A stretch of DNA of 41,275 bases, from IMG/VR virus record IMGVR_UViG_3300025869_000003, positions 1 through 41,275 of that record; one strand, given 5' to 3'. This document shows positions 32,817-39,659 of the stretch, piece after piece. The notes under the pieces were generated by a model that made no database searches, was not told where the DNA came from, and saw only the letters and a program-made list of their open reading frames with translations. Within the stretch, counting starts at the first letter, position 1. Each line of letters starts with the position of its first letter. Both the position numbers and the translations under genes were made by a program. Source of the DNA: a virus.

Positions 32817-33168
32817 TCTTATAAACTAATATCCAGTTGATTAGCTTGTGTACTGCAAACCCAATAGGAATAATTAAAATTGGAGAGAGGATACACAACC
32901 AAGCCAATCTTGTAATCTCCTTTTTATGTGTTCTGTATTCTTCTAACTCACTTTTTACTTCATCAATTTTAGTTATGTCATACTTAGCTGGATCAAGTAT
33001 GACTTCTTCAATCAAATCAGCTTCTTTATCATTCTTAATTGTCATGCTGTATGGAACATAATCGAGTTTATTTACTCCAATTATTGGAACCAATATTGTA
33101 AAAAATATTACAACAGCCCAAGATGCTGTGAGAAGTAAGCGTCTTATAATTTCGTACCCTTTAGACAT
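32809..33168 (-). CDS. Two-TM membrane protein (119 aa)
   Basis: LLLTASWAVVIFFTILVPIIGV and LAWLCILSPILIIPIGFAV helices flank an acidic loop. It overlaps the downstream gene by 8 nt. Confidence 0.5.
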   Translation of the reverse strand: MSKGYEIIRRLLLTASWAVVIFFTILVPIIGVNKLDYVPYSMTIKNDKEADLIEEVILDPAKYDITKIDEVKSELEEYRTHKKEITRLAWLCILSPILIIPIGFAVHKLINWILVYKND

Positions 33169-33200
33169 AGTTTTATTTTAGCATATATAACTATATAGCA

Positions 33201-33229
33201 AAGAAGGCTACCCTTAAGGTAGCCTTCTT
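33201..33229. terminator. Perfect 12-bp-stem hairpin downstream of int
   Basis: aagaaggctacc-cttaa-ggtagccttctt. No U-tract on either strand. Confidence 0.45.
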
Positions 33230-33230
33230 A

Positions 33231-33279
33231 ATAGCTGTAATAGCTATAATAGCTTTATAGCTTGGTCGCTTACATAGCT
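33231..33279. repeat. Array of five ATAGCT hexamers (spacing 9, 9, 8, 17 bp)
   Basis: aATAGCTgtaATAGCTataATAGCTttATAGCTtggtcgcttacATAGCTa, read directly. The hexamer starts are 33231, 33240, 33249, 33257 and 33274. Confidence 0.6.
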
Positions 33280-33452
33280 ATTTTGCGGTGATAAGTCGTA
33301 CTATGCTCACAATAGCGGAATTATTTTCAGAAATATTAATATTGGAGACCCTGATGCCTATTTAAGCTTCGGTTGCTCAATGAATGGGAATATATGGGTT
33401 GCTACCACAAAGGGACTGATTTGACAGAAGGGTCTCCATTTAAAAGCATCAT

Positions 33453-34808
33453 CTACTTCTTCGGCAGTATATCCCAAAACTGCTTACAAGTTCCAGCGGT
33501 GACTCCATCAACAGCCCGATAGTTTGAATCGATAATAGCCGGGGAATTTCCAGCCCACATGGCGGTCTTATTCTTATCGTTATTGATCTTGAGATAATAA
33601 GTGATTCCGGTGTGACGCATGACATCCCTTATCCAAGTAGGACGATCTTCGCTGTTGGAATCCTTGAGCTTGTGTTTCCACTCCTTAGCCATGTTTGGAT
33701 CTAACGAAGTGATTTTAAGGCGATAGCCAGCAACAGCTCTTATCAAAGCAAAAAGCTTCTTTGCATTGGCTGGGGCAACGGATCCCTCTTTTGCAGAAAG
33801 TGGCTTGAGCCACTTTATGCAAGTTGGATGCATATCAACTGAGCGGCGTCGCTGTCCCTTACCCTCAATCACAAAGCATGGCTTCTTATCGTCCCAAACG
33901 AATTTCTTCCAATCCAAGCGGAGGATCTCTGATGGGCGAACTGCTGAGAAGATAGCTAAAACGAAATACGGCAACATGGATCCGTTATCAACTTCTCCAG
34001 CGACCTTGAGCAACTTCTTGACCTCAGGGATACTGAGAGCCTCAGGCTCCAGCATCGCTGGATTTGGCTTATCAACTTTAGAGACCGGATTCTTGACCAG
34101 CCAATCCTTCTTCTCACAAAACTGAAAGAACGCGTGTATAATCGCATAATGATTGGATCTAGTCTTATCGACCCACTCTTTATTCTCATCGTAAATGTAA
34201 TCCTCAATCTCATCGACTGAATACTCGCTTACATTTCTTACATCAAAAGCATCAGAGAAATTCCTAAGCTTCTGTTTTGTCTTATCCTGATGGTCTTTAG
34301 AAGTCCTTTTAAGTTTTGGATTTTTGAGATACCTCTCAATCGCCTGATCCAATGTTATAGATCCAAAGTTTGGATCGAAGTGGTCGCAGTAATATTTGAC
34401 TGCATCGACAAGCTTACGAGTTTGAAAATCGGTCGGAAACTTTGACTTCAAAAGATTGAAAGCGTTCATCGCATCGCTCTCCTGAAGTGTTGATAAATGA
34501 GTTGGTCGAACATTCGTATTGAGGTGATAAACTCTCCACTCGTCTTGCTGGTCTTTACGAAAGGTAATCGCTTCTTCCTTCGTGTTAAACTTCCTTCTCA
34601 GTCTCTCTCTTTTGCCGTTTCTTCCTCGCTTTGGAAGGATCCCATAAACTTCCCATAGCTTCTTTTCGGGTAAATACTTTGGAGCCTTGATGGCAGAAAT
34701 GTCCCAATCTTGCTTCATGATCTCTATGCTTTCTTTTAATTTATTAGTGTTTGAGCGATGTTCCGATGGAACGAAATGGAACGCTCTCGATGGAAATAAG
34801 TGTTCCAT
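33453..34808 (-). CDS. int: Tyrosine integrase with an N-terminal AP2-like arm-binding domain (alternative start at 34718)
   Basis: Catalytic signature VRPSEILRLDW (Arg), VMRHTGITYYL (HxxR region) and IIDSNYRAV (Tyr). The N-terminal KKLWEVYGILPK...RRKFNTKEEAITF is arm-domain-like. The first 30 codons of the long ORF run through the repeat cluster at 34757..34808. Confidence 0.9.
   Translation of the reverse strand: MEHLFPSRAFHFVPSEHRSNTNKLKESIEIMKQDWDISAIKAPKYLPEKKLWEVYGILPKRGRNGKRERLRRKFNTKEEAITFRKDQQDEWRVYHLNTNVRPTHLSTLQESDAMNAFNLLKSKFPTDFQTRKLVDAVKYYCDHFDPNFGSITLDQAIERYLKNPKLKRTSKDHQDKTKQKLRNFSDAFDVRNVSEYSVDEIEDYIYDENKEWVDKTRSNHYAIIHAFFQFCEKKDWLVKNPVSKVDKPNPAMLEPEALSIPEVKKLLKVAGEVDNGSMLPYFVLAIFSAVRPSEILRLDWKKFVWDDKKPCFVIEGKGQRRRSVDMHPTCIKWLKPLSAKEGSVAPANAKKLFALIRAVAGYRLKITSLDPNMAKEWKHKLKDSNSEDRPTWIRDVMRHTGITYYLKINNDKNKTAMWAGNSPAIIDSNYRAVDGVTAGTCKQFWDILPKK
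34757..34808. promoter_or_regulatory. Cluster of ATGGAAC/GTTCCAT half-sites, including the palindrome CGATGGAA-N-GTTCCATCG (arm-type or operator sites)
   Basis: gatGTTCCgATGGAACgaaATGGAACgctctcgATGGAAataagtGTTCCATcg. It lies about 70 to 120 bp from the tRNA-like core. Confidence 0.55.
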
Positions 34809-34876
34809 CGATCTTCCGCTGCGTCAAACGCTTTTTTTAAGAAAGCTCTGAAACCCTGATGAATAGTGGGCTAGAA

Positions 34877-34923
34877 TGGAGGCGCGGGTCGGAATCGAAC
34901 CGACGAATAGAGGATTTGCAGTC
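34877..34923 (-). other. attP core candidate: 3' fragment of a tRNA-Cys(GCA) gene (not a complete tRNA)
   Basis: The reverse complement reads GA-CUGCAAA-UCCUC-UAUUC-GUCGG-UUCGAUU-CCGAC-CCGCGCC-U-CCA. That gives an anticodon loop with GCA, a perfect T arm, the 3' acceptor strand, the discriminator U typical of tRNA-Cys, and CCA. Upstream sequence cannot form the 5' acceptor or D arm. It is adjacent to int. Confidence 0.65.
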
Positions 34924-35014
34924 GTGGGCTACAAAGCCTATAATTTCATAAATCCTTGATTATTAACAAAAGTTAATTTTTGAAATACCAAGGAATACCA
35001 AGAAATACAAGCAA

Positions 35015-35034
35015 ATGGAACAAAAGTGTTCCAT
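35015..35034. promoter_or_regulatory. Palindrome ATGGAAC-aaaagt-GTTCCAT (third copy), on the other side of the att core
   Basis: Read directly. The right flank GTTCCATCGAG is identical to the 31324..31334 copy. Confidence 0.55.
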
Positions 35035-35127
35035 CGAGAGTAGAGGACTTTTGACGTCAAACCATCTATTTCTGATCTAAAATGGTTATTTTCAATCTGT
35101 TTATTGAGCGTCATAAATCGCATAAAA

Positions 35128-36954
35128 TTACTGCTTGTGTTTCTCACGATATTCATAAGCTTCCCTACCAAGTCTCAGATCTCGTTTAATTTGCTCAATT
35201 CTTTGAGCAGTTTTTCTTGGTAAATTTGTTAGAAGCCATGTTGCCATCTCCCAAGCGGTTATTCCACTCATACCTTTGAAGGTTGTCCGAACAAGATATG
35301 TTTTACCACCTACTTCCTCCTCCTTGTAATGAGATTTTGGAAACAACTTTAACCAAGACTGGTAAATGGGGTGAGCAGTAGGCGGTGTTGTGACACCTTC
35401 CTCATGCTCCTCATTGATAATACTGCTAATGAATTGCTTTGCATCTAAAGGAACTCTTTTGGGAACTTTCACTTCATCATATGCAGATGTGTATGCTTGC
35501 TTCCGGTATTTAATCGTTTTTTCAGATTCATGGTTCTTACAGCAATCTAGGAAGAACAATGTTTCTTTCAGGTTAATACCATTTCCACCTTCTTCTTCCA
35601 TATACTTGAGAAGACATTCTGCAACGAACTCAACCTTTTCAGGATCAAGCTCAGGCTCTGAAGATTCAGACAAACGCTCAAGCTCTTGCTGTAGAGTTTT
35701 TACTACTTCAGGATCAGGAGTAACTTCAGTTGCCTCTTGATCAGATTGATTCTTTCCCTCTCCGCTTAATGCAACCAAATCTGTATAAGTGTCATCATCT
35801 TGCCATGAACATATCAGATCCGGATTCTTCATCAGAATTTCAAGATAGTGAAACTGCTGTTCAATAATGGACTCCTCATCTCTCTCATCAGCGTTCCACT
35901 CATGAGCAATGTTATGTATAAGATCTCGCCAAAAATCACGTGCAAATTGTAGCTCCTTGAATTTCTCGATCTTCTTTTCCCAGCCAAGCCTCTCTTGAGA
36001 AGTAAGAACCTTCTTGGCTCTCTCGAAATGCATAAGCCAATTTTTGTATCCGCTCAGGTAATTGTCGGCTGTATTCAATTGATTACTAATCTCCTGAACA
36101 CTTACCTTCTGAACAGCTTCATAACCCATGAACTCAAAATAAATATCTTCCCCAAGAAAGAAACTTTTTGAGAATAGCGAAATAACACTAGGCTCAAGAC
36201 TTGGGAGAACATCAATCGGCTCCCTCAATTCGACATTAATTGTCGAGTCATCAACAACCTTTATCAAAGATTCCCTAACGACATTAGAGTTATGAGTGAA
36301 CCCCCCTACTCGTACATTTACCTGAGCAGTAGCTGGCAAAAGATACTTTTTATTGATTCTGTAATATCCATTAGTTTCTAGCAGAAAAATTAGAGCTTCT
36401 TTGCATTTTGTATCCGTTGGTACTATAAGCTCACCATCTTTTCGACTTCCCCATCTGTCTATACCTTGAATCTGTTTTGCTCTGACATAATTTCCAGTCA
36501 AAGAAATAGGAACACCATGTGTCACCCGTGGGTAACTCAAGTGTTGAAAAACTCTATCCGAAGCCATGAATCCGATTAGATTCATATGGCTGATAATATT
36601 TAGCAAGCCGTTGGCATCTTTGGCTTCTTTGTACAGCTCATCATTTAGCAAACCTGACTCTAAAGCTATGTCCAAATAACTAGTATAATTAGCTTCAAAA
36701 TCTTTCAGTTGTTCATCCTGAAGATATTGATCCTTATAAATTGGAGTATGCTCAATCCAAGCGGTTTCTGCATCTTTGTTACGCCCCTCTGTAAGTCGCT
36801 GGAATCTCATTGAGAATACAACATCTCCCCAAAGTTCCATTACATTCTCTGTATAGAGATTCTCGAATTGTAGAAAACGAAGTTTGAACTTTTCAAACTC
36901 ATCATCCCCTCTTGATCTACCTATCAATAGCCCCTCTCTACCCCTTTTTGCCAT
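35128..36954 (-). CDS. Large orphan protein (608 aa) at the immunity-region position next to attP
   Basis: An uninterrupted ORF, divergent from the early operon across a 110-bp palindrome-containing region. I saw no Walker, nuclease or clear HTH motif. Confidence 0.6.
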   Translation of the reverse strand: MAKRGREGLLIGRSRGDDEFEKFKLRFLQFENLYTENVMELWGDVVFSMRFQRLTEGRNKDAETAWIEHTPIYKDQYLQDEQLKDFEANYTSYLDIALESGLLNDELYKEAKDANGLLNIISHMNLIGFMASDRVFQHLSYPRVTHGVPISLTGNYVRAKQIQGIDRWGSRKDGELIVPTDTKCKEALIFLLETNGYYRINKKYLLPATAQVNVRVGGFTHNSNVVRESLIKVVDDSTINVELREPIDVLPSLEPSVISLFSKSFFLGEDIYFEFMGYEAVQKVSVQEISNQLNTADNYLSGYKNWLMHFERAKKVLTSQERLGWEKKIEKFKELQFARDFWRDLIHNIAHEWNADERDEESIIEQQFHYLEILMKNPDLICSWQDDDTYTDLVALSGEGKNQSDQEATEVTPDPEVVKTLQQELERLSESSEPELDPEKVEFVAECLLKYMEEEGGNGINLKETLFFLDCCKNHESEKTIKYRKQAYTSAYDEVKVPKRVPLDAKQFISSIINEEHEEGVTTPPTAHPIYQSWLKLFPKSHYKEEEVGGKTYLVRTTFKGMSGITAWEMATWLLTNLPRKTAQRIEQIKRDLRLGREAYEYREKHKQ

Positions 36955-36992
36955 GAGATTATTGTGGGGTTTTCGCCTCTTTTGTACAAGCC

Positions 36993-37064
36993 ATTTTAAT
37001 GAAATAAAACTTTTTTTGACAAATTTGTCACGATCTCTTCACAGCCCCTCAAATATGGCTGTGT
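36993..37064. promoter_or_regulatory. Divergent control region: 14-bp perfect palindrome TGACAAATTTGTCA (37017..37030), a leftward TTGTCA-18-TAAAAT promoter candidate, and the rightward bipartite element (copy B, 37022..37064)
   Basis: The palindrome was read directly. On the - strand, TTGTCA (37017..37022) and TAAAAT (36993..36998) are 18 nt apart. On the + strand, AATTTGTCACGAT-N15-CAAATATGG-ctgtgt-ATG. Confidence 0.5.
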
Positions 37065-37538
37065 ATGAAACAGAACCAAGAAGTAACAATCGTAATAGAC
37101 CCAGGTTCCAGCGGTGGATATGCAATCTGCTTTGGAGGCTTAAAGGCAATTACATTACACAATCTTCAAAGCCCATCTGACTTTATAGATCATGTACTAG
37201 AGCTAGAAGAAATCCATAAAGGATTTCTTCGATCTGTAGTGGAGGATGTTCCAAGTTACGCTGGAAAAGATGTTCCATCTTATACCAGCTTCAAGCTTGG
37301 TCGCTCATGCGGATTTCTTGAAGGAGTCCTTAGAGCTAGACAGATTCCGGTCGAATTTATCAGCCCAAGAAAATGGCAGAAAAATTTAGGCGGATTAAAA
37401 GGCTTATCCGGATCTCCTCGCAAGCGTGTTCTTAAAGACCACGCCTCCCGAAAGTACCCACTTTTGAAGCCAACATTAAAGACCTGCGATGCTCTTCTGA
37501 TGGCTGACTATCACTTTAATTCCAACCCAAATATATAA
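37065..37538 (+). CDS. RuvC-like Holliday-junction resolvase
   Basis: VTIVIDPGSSGGYAI (GIDPG..tG motif), VVEDVP (Glu) and CDALLMADY (DA..iA). Confidence 0.7.
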   Translation: MKQNQEVTIVIDPGSSGGYAICFGGLKAITLHNLQSPSDFIDHVLELEEIHKGFLRSVVEDVPSYAGKDVPSYTSFKLGRSCGFLEGVLRARQIPVEFISPRKWQKNLGGLKGLSGSPRKRVLKDHASRKYPLLKPTLKTCDALLMADYHFNSNPNI

Positions 37539-37542
37539 AATT

Positions 37543-38076
37543 ATGGCTAAAATAATAAATAATAGTGCAGACTACGGGGATGCCCGTGGTTTTAGATTAG
37601 AAAACGCTGGGCCAACTGGCTCCTTTCCAGCTCGCTTAGTCGATATCGAGGATAACTTCGATGTTGATGTGCAGAAGTATGGTGGAGCGATTGGTGAGAC
37701 TGAAAAGAAGAACGTTACAGAGTTCCTTTTCGCCTACAATGCCGATGGTCAAACTCATCTCGTCAAGAGCTGGGAAATGACTCAATCGGGAGGCGAGAGA
37801 TCTGCTTTGTACAAACTTCTTTCTCAGATGCTTGGTGAGCCTCCAGTCTTTGATGGTAACTACGATTACTGCGATGAGATTGGACAAACTTGCCAAGTTA
37901 CTGTTGCGAGCAAAACGTCAAAGAAAGGAAAGACCTACAATTGCATTGCTAGTGTCGCTCCTCTTCTTAGCGAGTTAATGGATAAGGCTCCAAAGCTTGA
38001 GGATGTAGAGATCCCTGACGGCAGAAGAGTTGCATTACCTTCCGCTGATCAAGATGCATTTGCCATTGAGGAATAA
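37543..38076 (+). CDS. ssDNA-binding / DUF669-like recombination accessory protein (putative)
   Basis: The N-terminal PTGSFPARLVDIED pattern and the acidic C-terminal tail DQDAFAIEE are typical of SSB-type proteins. It lies between the resolvase and the exonuclease. Confidence 0.35.
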   Translation: MAKIINNSADYGDARGFRLENAGPTGSFPARLVDIEDNFDVDVQKYGGAIGETEKKNVTEFLFAYNADGQTHLVKSWEMTQSGGERSALYKLLSQMLGEPPVFDGNYDYCDEIGQTCQVTVASKTSKKGKTYNCIASVAPLLSELMDKAPKLEDVEIPDGRRVALPSADQDAFAIEE

Positions 38077-38079
38077 GTC

Positions 38080-38853
38080 ATGGCTCATTGCTACGATAAA
38101 GATGGAAACCCCCACTTCAACTTGACCCCAGCTCAAGCGAAGAAGGAAGGTCTATTCTTTAGCGTTACTGAACATCAAGGTATCCTAGCAAAAAAGCCAC
38201 TTGAGCTTTGGAAGCTAGGTCAACACTTGAAGACTGCTTTTCAATATCCTCCCCGAAATGGGGAGGATGAGCAGTCGTTCATTAAACGCGTAAAGGGTAT
38301 TACTTGGAAAAACGGAGGAGGGGCAGCAGAACTCGGAACTGCAATCCACGCTGGCATTGAGTCAGTATTGAATAAGGAGAAGAAGGTTGAGGATCTTGAT
38401 GTAGATCTTCGCAAATATGTCGCTCCAGCAATCCGTTATTTCGAGTCCAAGAAATTTGAAATCTTGGATGTAGAAAAAGTTGTTGTGAATGAAAAACAAG
38501 GATATGCCGGAACTGCTGATGCAGTAGGCAAAACTCCATGTGGTAAGAAATTCATATTGGATTGGAAATCTAGAAAGTTTGGTAGTCGAAAAGTCGTTCC
38601 ATACGATGGTCAACCCGAACAAGTAAGTGCGTATGGAGCTGGCTATTTTGGAGAAGACGCTGTCAAAAACGAAGAGGTTTGGGGCATTAATGTCTTCGTA
38701 TCAACTGACAGATTTACCAGCGATGGTGAGTCTGAAATCGTTGTAACCAGCTACTCACCTAAAGACATGGCTAAAAACTACGAAACCTTCTGCCTAGTCT
38801 GCGAGATTTGGAGAAGAGTTGAGAAGTACGATCCTAGAAAGGAATGCGCATAA
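38080..38853 (+). CDS. PD-(D/E)XK exonuclease, Cas4/RecB-like
   Basis: GTAIHAGIESVL, YAGTADAVGK ... FILDWKS (D ... (D/E)xK), plus Cys4 near the N terminus and C-x2-C-x13-C at the C terminus. This cysteine pattern suggests a Cas4-type Fe-S cluster. Confidence 0.65.
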   Translation: MAHCYDKDGNPHFNLTPAQAKKEGLFFSVTEHQGILAKKPLELWKLGQHLKTAFQYPPRNGEDEQSFIKRVKGITWKNGGGAAELGTAIHAGIESVLNKEKKVEDLDVDLRKYVAPAIRYFESKKFEILDVEKVVVNEKQGYAGTADAVGKTPCGKKFILDWKSRKFGSRKVVPYDGQPEQVSAYGAGYFGEDAVKNEEVWGINVFVSTDRFTSDGESEIVVTSYSPKDMAKNYETFCLVCEIWRRVEKYDPRKECA

Positions 38854-39035
38854 TGTCACAATCACACTTTAGAAAAGCAAAGGATAAGCCCCTACCCTTA
38901 CAGACACGCTTGAGGATCCTTGGTCATAAGCTTGGCGTAGCTGAGTCCTACGACTGGTATGGGGAGCCTGAGCGATTCACCGCAATGAAGAAAGCCCATC
39001 AAGCTATGCTACGAAATTTCTACTTAGGTAATTAA
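38844..39035 (+). CDS. Hypothetical protein (63 aa)
   Basis: An ORF overlapping the exonuclease stop by 10 nt. No motif was recognised. Confidence 0.4.
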   Translation: MRIMSQSHFRKAKDKPLPLQTRLRILGHKLGVAESYDWYGEPERFTAMKKAHQAMLRNFYLGN

Positions 39036-39099
39036 TACAACCGGTTGAATTTTAGCATCTTGGTTAACACTATAAGTTGACACCGCATCTTAAATATAC

Positions 39100-39357
39100 G
39101 TGAAAAAACAAATTACAGCATCCCCTGATCGTTCGATTATCTTCGTTAAGAAAGGTGATCGCTATGAAATCAGAGTATGGAATCGATTTACTGGCGACGC
39201 TCCTATTGGAGCGCGCCTTGGGCGTAAAGACGGGTTGCCCAATCTTATTACACAAGCGGATACTTTTGACAGCGCTATTGATCTGCAAAAACGATGGCAA
39301 GCTTGGTTAGATGCCCAACCAAATACTGGTCGAAGGAAGGGAAAACAGAGGATATGA
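39100..39357 (+). CDS. Small basic DNA-binding protein with an AP2/integrase-arm-domain-like pattern (GTG start); iteron-binding candidate
   Basis: SIIFVKKGDRYEIRVWNRFTGDAPIGARLGRKDGLPNLITQADTFDSAIDL resembles the three-strand plus helix AP2-type fold pattern. The gene ends 1 nt before the iteron array. Confidence 0.35.
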   Translation: MKKQITASPDRSIIFVKKGDRYEIRVWNRFTGDAPIGARLGRKDGLPNLITQADTFDSAIDLQKRWQAWLDAQPNTGRRKGKQRI

Positions 39358-39358
39358 A

Positions 39359-39424
39359 AAAATCGCTATCCAACCGCTGTCAGACCGCTGTCCAACCGCT
39401 GTCCAACCGGTGTCAAAACGCTGT
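39359..39424. repeat. Six tandem 11-bp iterons (consensus CCAACCGCTGT); replication-origin candidate
   Basis: aaaatcgctat ccaaccgctgt cagaccgctgt ccaaccgctgt ccaaccggtgt caaaacgctgt, read directly. The 11-bp period equals about one helical turn. Confidence 0.7.
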
Positions 39425-39430
39425 ACATCC

Positions 39431-39587
39431 TTGTGTTTATAAGGCTTTTAGCATTTTAGGAACATTATTTACGTGTTATTATTGTATTTATAAAAAGCGC
39501 AACTCGGCTAACACAAAATCAAAATTTCAAACTTAAATCTAAAATTAAAATTATCACTTAAATAACAATTTAAAAACATATTATACC
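39431..39587. other. AT-rich tract following the iterons (DNA-unwinding-element candidate)
   Basis: For example caaaatcaaaatttcaaacttaaatctaaaattaaaattatcacttaaataacaatttaaaaacatattata. No convincing ORF is present. Confidence 0.5.
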
Positions 39588-39659
39588 ACTCTGCCTTTGG
39601 CAAGTAGAATAGGTCAACTTCTGCCACACCCAACTAATATTCGGTGAATAAAAAGAATC

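Noticed and set aside
34877-34950. A complete tRNA gene.
   Set aside because: Only the 3' part from the anticodon loop onward folds. The 5' side gives a mismatched anticodon stem, a 4-nt D-loop at best, and no strand complementary to the CCGCGCC acceptor. It is treated as an att fragment.
34938-35171. A 77-aa - strand ORF between attP and the 608-aa gene.
   Set aside because: It spans the palindrome and att flank, its translation is not protein-like, and it overlaps the end of the 608-aa gene. It is probably non-coding.
39359-39424. A possible CRISPR array.
   Set aside because: The units are only 11 bp, directly abutting with no spacers, and no cas genes are present. It is an iteron array instead.
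39294-39536. An 80-aa ORF whose translation repeats LSNRCQ.AV.
   Set aside because: The periodicity comes from translating the 11-bp DNA iterons, and the remainder runs through an AT-rich tract. It is better explained as non-coding origin DNA.
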